Shown here: positions 37,286 to 47,152 of the stretch, in pieces
How positions within the stretch are numbered: the first letter of the stretch is position 1
Layout of the letters: each line of letters starts with the position of its first letter
IMG/VR virus record: IMGVR_UViG_3300030398_000007
DNA: 64,000 nt
Source: a virus
Reading direction: 5' to 3' (one strand)
Translations under genes and position numbers: made by a program
The notes under the pieces: model-generated
The model's input: the letters and a program-made list of their open reading frames with translations, nothing else
The model's database searches: none
What the model was told of the DNA's origin: nothing

Positions 37286-38404
37286 TTATCTGACCAAATC
37301 AATCTCCCCTTCCAAAACCCTCTCCACCAGCGTCGTGCTTTTTCCACTTCGATAATCCTTCACTAAAGCCGCCGGCGCAAAAACATACGACCGGACCCTA
37401 TGACCAAAGTCTGCTGGACCACCAGCCCGGAGATTGGCCTCCTTTTCTTTTCGCCTGGCAGCTCGTTCTTTCTCCGACAAAAGAGATTTCAGCTTTTCTA
37501 TGGCAATGGCCCTGTTCCGTTCCTGTGTTCGTTCCTCCTGGCAGGTTACGACAATTCCGGTCGGTTTGTGTGTTAGTCGAACGGCCGTTTCGACCTTGTT
37601 GACGTTTTGTCCGCCCTTTCCGGAAGACCGAAAGAATCCGATCTCGATATCCTCCTGCAAGATTTCTGTCCGGCTTTCTTCCAGCGGTTCTGTCCATACG
37701 GAGACTCCGGCAAAGGAGGTTTGCCGCCTCCCTCCCCTGCCGTATGGAGAAAATCGGGACAATCGGTGGGAGATCCGGTTTCAGAAGTAAGATCCGACAA
37801 GAGAATGGTCTCTGATTTCAACAGAACGCGCCTGAATCCTGTCTCCGTTTCTTCTGCGTCAATGATTTGCAGGTCGCGTCTTTTTAACAGAATGGCGCCT
37901 TGTATCTCCGCCATAAATGGCGGAGATACAAGGCGTGTTTCACTATTTTTATTGTAACGCACAACATGATATAATGCTTATCATGAAGAATAAAAAGACT
38001 CGGGCTGGAGTCTTTGGCGCGTAGCGCCTAGAAGCTCCTTCCTTTCAGGGAGGGGAGCAGTCACCCTGGCATAACCAAGATACATGGCGGCCAGCATTTG
38101 CTTCAATCCCTCCCGTTCCGGCCAGAATGGACATAAAGAGATTCTCTTCCTGGAGGGATTGTTTGGCGAAACAAGAATCGAGACTGTTTGATTTCTGATA
38201 TTGGATTAACAGAGGAATTGTTTCGGCAAGAATATTTATGGCCTGGTTCGATTCTCTTTCAAAAAAAAGAATGTTGTCAGAATCCAGATACTGGCATTGA
38301 AGAGCTTCTTTTGCCGTTTCCAGGTCGTCAATTGCGGACGACATACGTTTATGTGCCGAAAGCATAATCGAGGCCTGACGAAGCGTTTTGAGCGGTCTGG
38401 ACAA
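37286..38404 (-). pseudogene. Class I peptide chain release factor gene interrupted by the MITE at 37889-38066 and carrying a frameshift at a T-tract near 37775
   Basis: N-part (38404-38070) contains ILAGTGGIEA (RF2 AGSGGTEA). After the MITE: AEETETGFRRVLL (RF ETGVHRLVRKSPFDS), then in the -1 frame [13 protein letters not shown]...[21 protein letters not shown] (GGQ domain). The first ~20 codons of the 37962 ORF are encoded by the MITE inverted repeat. Confidence 0.65.
37889..38066 (+). mobile_element. Miniature IS605-family derivative (LE+RE), second copy, inserted in the release-factor gene
   Basis: acagaatggcgccttgtatctccgccat... (LE) to ...ggaggggagcagtcac (RE); ~90% identical to 4330-4467. 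Confidence 0.75.
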
Positions 38405-38626
38405 TAGCGGTGTGTTAAATGAGACTGACTTCTTAAGACAAGAGCCTCTAGCTGGGAAAGGTCAAAGACTCCTCCGGAGTTCTCCTCCGAGGGCTAAGAG
38501 TTGAGCGCCTGAAAAATTATTGAGCACTGGTTTCTTGATAGACATGTTCGTACTCCTTTTGATCTTTGAAATGTTGTTCGTAAAAGAAACGACTTTTGTA
38601 TTGTATTCCATTCTAGGCTTTAATGT

Positions 38627-39263
38627 CTATCTGGTAACGGAAAAGTCCTCTGCCTTATCAAGACCGCTCAAAAAATCCTCAATCTGTTTGAAAGATTTAA
38701 CGGCAATGTGAATCCCATATTTCTTTTGACAATTCTCCAAAAATTCTTGAGAGAATGGCTGATATTTTTTCCAGGCCGCTTCAACCGCCTCTTTCGGGAC
38801 ATTGTGCACGTTTGGATATTTTCCGTGCATGTCCAGAATGTCCACGTCATGTCCCAATTTTAAATAGGGAATGAGACTTTCTTCGCCAAGAAAGGTATTG
38901 GCGACAACAACGTTTTCACCTTTTGAAAGGGCTTCAGAAAACCGATTTCAGACACCACTTGTGGGCCTTTCAGGATTTTTCTGGTGTCCAGTTGTATTTG
39001 CCCTTTGTCAAAAAGAAATATTGGTCGGCCTCAAAATGGCGGACCTGAAATTTTTTGGAAAGCCGTTCGGCGGCAGTCGTTTTTCCGGATCCTTGTGGCC
39101 CACGAATGATTATCAAATGTCCTTTTTTGTCCGTTTCTGCTTCTGCTGGTTCCGCTTCTTTTAACGACCTTCTGGAAAATTCTTCATTCAAAATTTTTAA
39201 AACATAAAAATCCGGCACGAGATCCTTTTTTGACGTTAATGAAATCCCAAATCGTTTGGACAA
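38627..39263 (-). pseudogene. P-loop NTPase/kinase-like gene broken by >=2 frameshifts (fragments 38970-39263 and 38627-38935)
   Basis: Walker A IIIRGPQGSGKTT in the upstream fragment; another frame continues GENVVVANTFLGEESLIPYLKLGHDVDILDMHGKYPNVHNV into ORF 38627-38857. Confidence 0.45.
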
Positions 39264-39340
39264 AAATTCACCGATCGCACCCCCGCTTTTGAGGCGGGTA
39301 CGTCTTCCAGTTGCGTCACAAGGGCGATAAAAAAACTGGC

Positions 39341-39679
39341 CTATCGTTCGATCTCGGTGTCTTTCCCGGCATTTTCAAAAGCCAATACAAAATCTTTTGG
39401 AGGAACACGCCGGAAACGCTCAAAATCCTTAATTGTTGCTGGTCTTAAGTCTTTCTTGAGGGCGCTTGTTGGTTCGGCCGGTCCATGGAAGGCTCCTGGT
39501 GCGGCCAAAATACAAAGTCTCACGGAGAAGTAGTCGTTCGGTCCCCTGACTTCTCCGAGATATTTCCCAGTTTCGGTATTTTTAAAAATATATCCAAGGC
39601 ACTCGCCTTTCAAGGCCAAAGGATAAGGAGCAACCACGTATTCGATAGAGTATTTCCCGTCTACGTACGGCAATTCCAT
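39341..39679 (-). CDS. Hypothetical protein, paralog of the C-terminal domain of 39967-40575
   Basis: Shared motifs GECLGYI...AAPG...DLRPATIKDFERF...PKDFV...IER. Confidence 0.4.
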   Translation of the reverse strand: MELPYVDGKYSIEYVVAPYPLALKGECLGYIFKNTETGKYLGEVRGPNDYFSVRLCILAAPGAFHGPAEPTSALKKDLRPATIKDFERFRRVPPKDFVLAFENAGKDTEIER

Positions 39680-39966
39680 TTGTTTACCTCCACCAAGATT
39701 TAGTGACGAACACAACTTCTGTACTCAGTCAAAACAAAAAAGCCGGAAACCCTTTCGGATCCTCGGCTTTTAAAGCCAAAAATGTTTCCGCAAAAGGTTA
39801 AACCATGCTCTCTCCCTCTAGGCTATAGAAATAGCTCGACGGGCTGGATAGACACAATAATGAGAGCAATGATAAATCTTTCACGAAAATCTCCTTTTTG
39901 AAAGACGTTTTAATGAACAAAAACATTATAGCATACTAAAAATGTTGTTTGCAAGCAGACAAACAA

Positions 39967-40575
39967 TTAACGTTCTATTCCGTTTTTCTCTTTTTCTTCC
40001 ACAAAATCCTTCGGACACATGACCTTGAATCGATCGAAGTCTTTTCGTGTTGCCGGTCTCAAATCACTGATATGAACAGAAACAGGAGTATTTTTTGGGT
40101 CAGAGCCAGGTGCCGATAAAACACCAATGGCCACCCATGGACCCTGGTTGTTTTTTCTTTCCTTGTCAATGTATCCGAGACATTCACCGCCCATGGCCAG
40201 AGAATGTTTGGCCACGACATATTTTGTCTTTTCTGGCATTTTATCAAAAACAAGAATCTCCGAATCCGTTAATTGACAAATTTTTTCTGAAAGCTCTTCG
40301 ACGATTCTATTTATTTTTCTGAAAACCTCTTTTGGCACGGCTTTTAACGGAATCTCAACCTCATTGTTAAAAGAGGTGTCTATATTGGACCGATAATCGT
40401 TCATGTCGCATTTGATTGGCCTGGACATTTGGCAGACGCCTTGCGGAGAATCGGCGTTTTCCGAAAGTGTGAATTCAAAAACGGTATGTGGATAGGGCTC
40501 GACGGCAAATGTGTATCTGTCAAAAGTTTTTCCACCATTGTCAAGAATGATAAATGGAACTGATTTTTGTGCCAT
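39967..40575 (-). CDS. Hypothetical two-domain protein (C-terminal domain paralogous to 39341-39679)
   Basis: Shared motifs as above. Confidence 0.4.
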   Translation of the reverse strand: MAQKSVPFIILDNGGKTFDRYTFAVEPYPHTVFEFTLSENADSPQGVCQMSRPIKCDMNDYRSNIDTSFNNEVEIPLKAVPKEVFRKINRIVEELSEKICQLTDSEILVFDKMPEKTKYVVAKHSLAMGGECLGYIDKERKNNQGPWVAIGVLSAPGSDPKNTPVSVHISDLRPATRKDFDRFKVMCPKDFVEEKEKNGIER

Positions 40576-40598
40576 GTGTTTTCTCCAGAAAATAGTTG

Positions 40599-40844
40599 TT
40601 AACGGTTGCCTCTATTGGCACGCTCCAGCAATTCTGGTCGTTCCAGCAAGTATTGACGATATTTTTCGATCACCTCTTCTCGTGTTCCGTCTTTGCCAAT
40701 GGCGAAAGGATTACCCCATTTTGAGGGTCGGCCAATATAGACGCAATCGGAACGGGTTTTGGCGTCCGGATTTTTGTAGAGATTCAATACTTGAGGTTGC
40801 TGAATTTGTTGAGCGGCTAAGTGCCGAGGTAGACTTATCTTCAT
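40599..40844 (-). CDS. DUF4326-like small protein
   Basis: CVYIGRPSKWGNPF...REEVIEKYRQYL signature. Confidence 0.5.
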   Translation of the reverse strand: MKISLPRHLAAQQIQQPQVLNLYKNPDAKTRSDCVYIGRPSKWGNPFAIGKDGTREEVIEKYRQYLLERPELLERANRGNR

Positions 40845-41272
40845 GGAGAGAGAATAACATTATATTCTAAAAAATACAACAATTTTAAGTGTTGGCGACC
40901 TTCGTTTTCTTTATTCTTGTCAAGCTCTGTCAATGTTCTTGATACTATTTGTGTTACAACTTCAGAAACAATAGCGTTTCCGCTAACGTTTCCATTTTTG
41001 AAATAATCTGTTGAAACAACGTAATCCATGATTCCAGGACATTCTTTGACAATTTTTCCGATTGACTTTTTTCGTAAAATAAAATTCGCGACGTCCCTAT
41101 GAACAAAGTCGTTCCATTTTTTAGAATCATTTGTCAGTTGTGCGTATGTGTCTCGTTTTTTATTCGCAAGTCTCTTGATTGTCTCAACTGTCAGATTTTT
41201 GCGGCTCATGCCTTTTACCTTGTTAAAAAACTTGACCTTGCAATTTGCAAGACCAAGTTTAAATTTTGGCAA
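40841..41272 (-). CDS. Hypothetical protein downstream of tnpB (start uncertain, may lie within the IS right end)
   Basis: ORF only. Confidence 0.3.
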   Translation of the reverse strand: MPKFKLGLANCKVKFFNKVKGMSRKNLTVETIKRLANKKRDTYAQLTNDSKKWNDFVHRDVANFILRKKSIGKIVKECPGIMDYVVSTDYFKNGNVSGNAIVSEVVTQIVSRTLTELDKNKENEGRQHLKLLYFLEYNVILSP

Positions 41273-41314
41273 ACTTGACTTCCTCCCCTCCCTGAATGGA
41301 GAGGATTCCTGGTT

Positions 41315-42523
41315 TTAAGCAAATACCAGGTCGGTTCCTGCCAATGCGTAAGACTCTACGTTTGATCCCATGCTTTGGGACTCTCCTTCTGACGAAGGAG
41401 AACAGGCTAACTGGGCGTGTCCCGCCCTTACGGCATTCAATGCGCCGACATAGTCGGCGTTCGCGGTAAAACCGCATTTGACACAGGCAAAGGTCTCTTG
41501 AGTCTTCCGATTGTCCGGAGAGACGTATCTACACGTCTCGACCGGACAGGTCTGACTTGTATACGCCGGAGGAACTCGCAAGAGCTGTCCGCCGTTCCAT
41601 GACAGCTTGTACTCGAGTTGTCTCCGGAACTCTCCCCACCCAAGAGAAAGAATCGCTTTGTTCAGTCCCTTCTTGCCCTTCCCTGATTTCGTCATTTTCT
41701 GAACCTTCAGATCCTCGACGACCACCACCGCGTGGTTTTTGCTGATCGCGGTCGTCGCTTTATGCAGAAAGTCCTTTCTGACGTTTGTAATCTTTTCATA
41801 GAGACGACCAAGCTTTAGCCTGGCTTTTGATCGGTTCTTCGAACCTTTCTTTTTTCTTGAAAGGCTTTGGTGCAGTTGCGTCAGTCGTTTCTCAAACCGC
41901 TCCACGAGGTTAGGGGCGGTGATTCCTTCGTTCTCTCCGGTGGAGAACGCCGCGAAGCGAGCGACGCCGAGATCAATTCCGAGAACTTCGCCTTTTGGAG
42001 TGACAGGATCGATCTCTTGTGCTGTGAGAATGGAAACGTACCACTTCCCGCAGGAGTATCGTATCGTGGCCTGGCGGACGGTGCCTTTCAGGGCACGACT
42101 CTTCCGGTACCGGATCTCACCGAGTTTGGGGAGCGCGATCCGGGAACGCTCTTCGTCGACACGGACGGTTTTCTTGTCCGGAAAGGTAATCGTATCGTTT
42201 TTTCCCTTTTTGTGGAAAACTGGGTGGTCCGCTTCTTTTTTGAAGAAGCGGATATAAGCCGTGGTTAGGTTCTCCACAGCGCATTGCAGGCCCTGAGACT
42301 GGGTTTTTCTGAGCCATTCCGTTTCTGGATCCTTTTTCCAGGAGGTGAGTGTTTTTGCCAAGTAAACATACCCTGGAAAGGGTTTGTTATCCTTGTGAAG
42401 ATCTTCGACCAAACTCAAGGCTTTATTGTAGACAAACCGACAGGAACCGGCATACTGCCGGAGAAGCAAGTCCTGTTGTTTTGTCGGTTCCAGTCTAAAG
42501 GAATAGGCTTTTAATATTTTCAT
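41315..42523 (-). CDS. tnpB: TnpB (IS605 OrfB-family RNA-guided nuclease)
   Basis: 402 aa; N-terminal KILKAYSFRLEPTKQQ, RuvC-like core, C-terminal Zn-finger CPVETCRYVSPDNRKTQETFACVKCGF and RuvC-III NADYVGALN. Confidence 0.85.
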   Translation of the reverse strand: MKILKAYSFRLEPTKQQDLLLRQYAGSCRFVYNKALSLVEDLHKDNKPFPGYVYLAKTLTSWKKDPETEWLRKTQSQGLQCAVENLTTAYIRFFKKEADHPVFHKKGKNDTITFPDKKTVRVDEERSRIALPKLGEIRYRKSRALKGTVRQATIRYSCGKWYVSILTAQEIDPVTPKGEVLGIDLGVARFAAFSTGENEGITAPNLVERFEKRLTQLHQSLSRKKKGSKNRSKARLKLGRLYEKITNVRKDFLHKATTAISKNHAVVVVEDLKVQKMTKSGKGKKGLNKAILSLGWGEFRRQLEYKLSWNGGQLLRVPPAYTSQTCPVETCRYVSPDNRKTQETFACVKCGFTANADYVGALNAVRAGHAQLACSPSSEGESQSMGSNVESYALAGTDLVFA

Positions 42524-42711
42524 ACAAATATTATACTAGAAATTGAGACTTATATCTCCGAGCTGAAGCCAGAAGTTTTTTCGTCTCAGAACGATAAATG
42601 ATCTGTCAATACAGAAAAAGCGATCGCCGATTTCAAGTGCGTTTGGATCCAGTTCAAAACGATTGGGCAATTCTTTCAGCATAGGAGTTCTCCAAAACTT
42701 TAAATGAAAAA

Positions 42712-43053
42712 TTATCTCTCAATGACACTTTCCGGAAACACATTGTCTTTTCGTGTTTGAGTGTTGTCCATAACGGTTGTCAACTCAAATTTTGTTTTTG
42801 CGTGACGTGCGCCAAATGATCGGATTGTGTCGATCGTGGCAGCCAAGTCCATACCCGTGCATTCTCCGGAAATGTCAATAACAAAACTTTCGGCAAAATC
42901 CCAAACTTCGGCCGCAGAAATATTCATTTCGGCAATTGAATTTGTCAATTTTGGCAGAACAGTTTTTGCCCAATCTTCTGCCATAACGTCAATGGCCTTG
43001 TCATTAATAGCAACTGGAATTTCAGCTGTCATGTGAATGTGTTTGCGAATCAT
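42712..43053 (-). CDS. Hypothetical protein (its 5' end is duplicated at 2376-2417)
   Basis: ORF with GGAGG RBS; lies directly downstream of the minus-strand tRNA pair. Confidence 0.4.
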   Translation of the reverse strand: MIRKHIHMTAEIPVAINDKAIDVMAEDWAKTVLPKLTNSIAEMNISAAEVWDFAESFVIDISGECTGMDLAATIDTIRSFGARHAKTKFELTTVMDNTQTRKDNVFPESVIER

Positions 43054-43128
43054 AATACCTCCAAAATAGATTAGATTACCAGAATGTTTTTATTTAAGCA
43101 TTTGTTTTTTTGTTTTTTGTCAAAAACA

Positions 43129-43205
43129 TGGCGCCCCTGGCAGGATTTGAACCCGCGACCCTCTCGTTCGTAGCGAGACGCTCTTATCCTCTGAGCTACA
43201 GGGGC
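43129..43205 (-). tRNA. tRNA-Arg (anticodon ACG)
   Basis: Reverse complement gives acceptor gcccctg/caggggc-g-CCA, anticodon stem tctcg/cgaga with loop ctACGaa, T-stem gcggg/cctgc. Confidence 0.8.
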
Positions 43206-43244
43206 ATTAAAGTTTGGATCGTCCTTCGGACTCCAGAATCTTAT

Positions 43245-43320
43245 TGGTGGGTTGCCTCGGAGTCGAACCGAGAGTCTCGCAGCTTAAAAGGCCGGGGTTT
43301 TGCCATTAAACTAGCAACCC
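43245..43320 (-). tRNA. tRNA-Lys (anticodon TTT)
   Basis: Reverse complement gives acceptor gggttgc/gcaaccc-a-CCA, anticodon loop ctTTTaa, T-stem ctcgg/ccgag with loop TTCGACT. Confidence 0.7.
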
Positions 43321-43572
43321 TTGTTTCTTATGACGTTGCATTCAGACAACAAAAAAGCCACCCAGGTGACATACCCAGGTGGCCTAAGAAACACGAAATT
43401 GTTCGCGATCCGTCATGAGTCCATGGGCATGCCGCACCTTAGGCGTCTTATCTGCCAGGTTGTCGTTTGCTGTTTTTTGCGCTGAATTCTTGTAATCACG
43501 AAAACGTCTCCCGTGCCAAAACTTAAAATTTATTGCGCTAACTGAGCCGATTTGTTGATCTTTTCCGAGGTT

Positions 43573-43863
43573 TTATAGGCGTCGACCATGCCCCCATACC
43601 CAAAGAACAGGTGTGGCAACAAGCCCGATCATTCCTAGAATTCCTTCTTCCTGCTTTACCCAAATATCAGGCGTGGTAAGAAAATCAATTAAAATCCAAA
43701 TGAGACCCCATGAAATGAAATACAAAACAGTAAAGGCAATATCTTTCCCGATCTGGCCAAGTCCATACCAGAAAAACGAAAGAATGGCAGCAAGACAAGA
43801 ATTTTTTGCTGGCTTTTGTACCACAAAAACCTGCCGTGTTGCAGTTTCTTCATTGGAGTCCAT
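43573..43863 (-). CDS. Small membrane protein (3 TM)
   Basis: Hydrophobic ORF. Confidence 0.35.
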   Translation of the reverse strand: MDSNEETATRQVFVVQKPAKNSCLAAILSFFWYGLGQIGKDIAFTVLYFISWGLIWILIDFLTTPDIWVKQEEGILGMIGLVATPVLWVWGHGRRL

Positions 43864-43904
43864 TTTAGTCCTTTTTTTGAATATTTAAACTATACCCGTT
43901 TGGA

Positions 43905-44125
43905 AAAAGCAGGGAGGAAGATCCCATTGGGTGTCTCCCTCCCGCGCCGTCGGTCGAAACCGTACGGGGGATACCGTGCCAGCACAACGGAAGCTCGTCA
44001 ACCGCCCAGAGAGACTCCCCAACTCCTTGTGCCATTGGCACACGAGATATGTGTAAAAGGCAAAAAGCTGGATTCCCTCAATGCTTCTACCGAAGGGCTC
44101 CGCAACTCCTTCCACACATGGTGGG
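43905..44125. ncRNA. Candidate structured non-coding RNA (GC-rich island without credible ORF)
   Basis: Local GC is far above the surroundings, with hairpins such as gggagg...cctccc; both strands show only short overlapping ORFs. Confidence 0.25.
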
Positions 44126-44349
44126 CGAGCTAATTAATATTATAGCACAACATTTCTGAAAGTCAAACCTTACATTTTTTTAATCACGACAATGTTCTTT
44201 ATGTTTTTGTTTTACGAACAAACTTTTGCTCATTCCTCACTCAAACAGTCTATTACAACATAAATATTTCTGCAACCATATTTTCAACAATGTGGAAGTC
44301 CTTGTCGTTTTTGTCAATGATCGTTATAATACAAAAAAAGGGAGAATTC

Positions 44350-44712
44350 ATGGACGAACGAAAAAAGGTCGAACAAAATATTCTGGCCGAAGAAAAAGCA
44401 TTAAAAGAGTGTATGGTTCTTTTCAAAACAGGCCTGGACCCTGCCAACTGGCCAAGATTGCAGCGACGATATATGGCACAGGCTTTTGTTCCGAAAGACG
44501 GTCCTGTCAATCCGGAGCATGCCAAAGGATTGAGACTTATGGGGCTTTTTTATCCTGGCCGTACCACATTTGCTCGTGTGCCGGAATGGGCCAAGGAATT
44601 TCTGGTCGACCGGGATCCGGATATTGAACACATTGCCGAACGAATCCGGGCAGATATGGGAAAACTGATTGAGCATTACAGAGAGGACAGAACCAAATGT
44701 CGGACGAAATGA
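44350..44712 (+). CDS. Hypothetical protein, putative partner of the downstream NTase (16-nt overlap)
   Basis: Translational coupling to the 44697 gene. Confidence 0.35.
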   Translation: MDERKKVEQNILAEEKALKECMVLFKTGLDPANWPRLQRRYMAQAFVPKDGPVNPEHAKGLRLMGLFYPGRTTFARVPEWAKEFLVDRDPDIEHIAERIRADMGKLIEHYREDRTKCRTK

Positions 44713-45224
44713 TCGACAAAGAAATGGCCAAAAAGCTTATGCTGAATGTTGTTAAACAATACAACTCGGCAACAGGAAAAATTCCGCAAGTTTTGTTTGT
44801 TGTCGGCGGAACCGCTATGGCCTTTCATAACATGCGAGAACAGTCTGAAGACGTTGATCTGTTTTTTAAAGATCTGGATTTTGAATATGCTGTAAAACAG
44901 GTAGAGAAAGAAACAGGATATCGTATTGACGTAACTTCAGAAAAGAACTTATGGGGGGATCTCGTTATTCCGGATATCGAAAAAGACGCAAAAGTGACAG
45001 ATTTTTTTGTTTTTGAAGGACACGACGTCCAGATTGCGGCTATTAGTCCAGAAACGCTTGCTGTGATAAAGGCCTCGTCAATGAGAGAAAAAGATCGTCT
45101 CGACATTCCTCTAATTCTCAAAAAAACAACACCGGAAGAAATACTGGCCAGATTTGCTTGTTTGTGGACCAGTCAGAGACCAAGTGTCGCCAAAGAAGCC
45201 CTCAGTGACTGCTCCCCTCCCTGA
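44697..45224 (+). CDS. AbiEii-like nucleotidyltransferase; 3' end fused to the IS right end
   Basis: VLFVVGGTAMAFHNMREQSEDVDLFF (GGTA...R.S.DVDL). The last ~13 codons (SVAKEALSDCSPP) are encoded by the IS RE sequence. Confidence 0.5.
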   Translation: MSDEMIDKEMAKKLMLNVVKQYNSATGKIPQVLFVVGGTAMAFHNMREQSEDVDLFFKDLDFEYAVKQVEKETGYRIDVTSEKNLWGDLVIPDIEKDAKVTDFFVFEGHDVQIAAISPETLAVIKASSMREKDRLDIPLILKKTTPEEILARFACLWTSQRPSVAKEALSDCSPP

Positions 45225-46455
45225 AAGGAAGGAGCTTCTAGGCGCTACGCGCCAAAGACTCCAGCCCGAGTCTTTTTATATTTGTAGCGGCATTTCTGTT
45301 TCTGTCCTGTTTCTTGCCGCATTTTGGACACTTATACACACGGACATTCAAAGGCATTTTCTGCCTATGTCCACAACCAGGTGTAGAACAGTCCTGAGAC
45401 GTGTACGCAGGATCGACTTTCACAAACTCTCGACCAGCTTCTGCCGCTTTGTTCGAGAGTATGGAGAGAAAGGTTCCCCACGCAGTGTCGTATTGCGCAT
45501 TGTTGATCGAAGCATATTCCGAAACCATTTCTGAAGGGGTCAGATCTTCGACCACGATAATTCCGTACTTGCCGACAAGAGATTTTGCTGTTTTATGGAA
45601 AAAATCCTGTCTTTGGTTAAAAACTTTCTCGTGAATCTTTGCAACAATTTTTTTCTTCTTCTCTTTATCTTTGCCGGGATTATTTTTTTGCAGGTCTAGC
45701 CTTCGTTGTTCCTGAGCCAAACGCTTGGCACTTTTTTTGAGAAATTTCGGATTCTGGACGATCGGATCCTCGTCTTCGGAAGTGGTCAGAAATTCTTTGA
45801 TTCCCATGTCGATCCCGACCGATAGAGGACTATTTGACAGACGTTTAGGCTCTACGTTGTCACAAGAAAAACAAACGAACCATTTGCCAGTACTTGTTCT
45901 TTTAATCGTGCAGGTTTTTATTTTTCCTTCAAGACTTCTGTGTGTGAGAACTGAAACCTTCCCAACACCAAAAAGTTTCAAAACATTTCCTTGCAATGAA
46001 AATCCCACGTTGTTTTGTGGGAACGTTAAGGAATCGTACCGGTCTTTACCTTTGAATCTTGGATACCCAGGGTCTTTGGCTCCTTCTTTAAGTCTTCTGA
46101 AAAAAGACTGAAAGGCCAGATCGACTCTTTTGACAACGTCTTGAAGAACCTGTGAATGAACGAACCTCAGAGAAGGTCGAATCTTTTTTAGACAAGGAAG
46201 CATGTTCTGCTGTTCGTGATAAAATAACGAAACGCCATACCATTTCCATGCGTTTTTTCGGTGTTCTAGCATGTAGTTGTAGAGCCACCGGCACTCTTCA
46301 AGCCGCTGAGAGAGAAGTGTCTTTTGATTTTTTGTCGGATACAGCCGATATTTGAAAGTTTTTTTCATAATGAGTATTATATCATACATACACTACAAAT
46401 AGAAGGGGTCGCCTTATATCCCCGCTATGAATGGCGGAGAATTACGGCGCCATTC
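45190..46455 (-). mobile_element. IS605-family (IS1341-like, tnpB-only) element with defined LE (46390-46455) and RE/omega-RNA scaffold (45190-45240)
   Basis: LE gcattttaacagaatggcgccgtaattctccgccat (rc) and RE ...aaagactcgggctggagtctttggcgcgtagcgcctagaagctccttcc...ggggagcagtcac; the same ends form the miniature copies at 4330 and 37889. Confidence 0.8.
45238..46389 (-). CDS. tnpB: TnpB (IS605 OrfB-family RNA-guided nuclease)
   Basis: 383 aa; FKYRLYPTKNQ N-terminus, C-terminal Zn-finger CSTPGCGHRQKMPLNVRVYKCPKCGKKQDRNRNAATNI. Confidence 0.85.
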   Translation of the reverse strand: MYDIILIMKKTFKYRLYPTKNQKTLLSQRLEECRWLYNYMLEHRKNAWKWYGVSLFYHEQQNMLPCLKKIRPSLRFVHSQVLQDVVKRVDLAFQSFFRRLKEGAKDPGYPRFKGKDRYDSLTFPQNNVGFSLQGNVLKLFGVGKVSVLTHRSLEGKIKTCTIKRTSTGKWFVCFSCDNVEPKRLSNSPLSVGIDMGIKEFLTTSEDEDPIVQNPKFLKKSAKRLAQEQRRLDLQKNNPGKDKEKKKKIVAKIHEKVFNQRQDFFHKTAKSLVGKYGIIVVEDLTPSEMVSEYASINNAQYDTAWGTFLSILSNKAAEAGREFVKVDPAYTSQDCSTPGCGHRQKMPLNVRVYKCPKCGKKQDRNRNAATNIKRLGLESLARSA

Positions 46456-46530
46456 TGTTAAAATGCTGTTGAATTTTGTCCATATCTCCTTTTGCTGCAT
46501 AAAGTTCTTCCGAAACGCATTTCTTTTTTC

Positions 46531-47067
46531 TCACGAGTTTTCCCTTTTTACACACACCCCAAGTTCCGAGAACACGTGAACAAATCTGTTCCTTTTTTCT
46601 CCATAATACAAAACAATCTGTCCCTGAAGCGGAGTCCCGGAGGCCGTTCCTTCCGGCGTAAAGAATTTGGTTCTACCCCGCAAGAAACACATGGCCGAAG
46701 CGATTTCTGAAAAAATCGAAAACCAGGACGTCTCCGTGGCGTTGTTTACCAGGACGCAGGCTTCATAGAATTCTTTCCGGACATACTTTTCCGCGAACGT
46801 TTCGGCGAATTGCTTCAGCCATGGCTGACCATATGGCGGATTGAGCCAAACACGACCGAACCAGGGCATAGCGAGGCCATTCTCGGCCAATGTGTAAAAC
46901 CGTTTGGCAGCCACGACCTTGTTGGCAATGTCGGAACTGGCCGGATCCAGGTCGATATCGCCCATGGCCAGCCTGGCCGCCTCGATCAATTTTGGCGGCG
47001 TGTACCATTCGTTGTTGCCGCTGTTATTTGCAACGTGTGGCTTCTTCTTCAGGATAATGTCTGTCAC
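46531..47067 (-). CDS. DNA N6-adenine methyltransferase (phage Dam-type, PF05869-like)
   Basis: GRVWLNPPYGQ (NPPY) motif, ~178 aa. Confidence 0.75.
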   Translation of the reverse strand: MTDIILKKKPHVANNSGNNEWYTPPKLIEAARLAMGDIDLDPASSDIANKVVAAKRFYTLAENGLAMPWFGRVWLNPPYGQPWLKQFAETFAEKYVRKEFYEACVLVNNATETSWFSIFSEIASAMCFLRGRTKFFTPEGTASGTPLQGQIVLYYGEKRNRFVHVFSELGVCVKRENS

Positions 47068-47152
47068 GATTGGATCCTTTTTGTTCGCAAAACATTGGTA
47101 TAAGACGGCTTTTGATTATGTTGTATTTTATCATTTTTTGTGACGCAATGGG

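Noticed and set aside
37740-37800. Programmed prfB-style +1 frameshift in the release-factor gene
   Set aside because: The shift site is not CUU-UGA-C with an upstream SD, is in the wrong part of the gene and needs a -1 correction in a T-run. Mutation or error is more parsimonious.
25444-37962. An rtcB-prfH operon
   Set aside because: The RtcB gene and the release-factor fragments are ~11 kb apart and on opposite strands, so no operon can be claimed, only co-occurrence.
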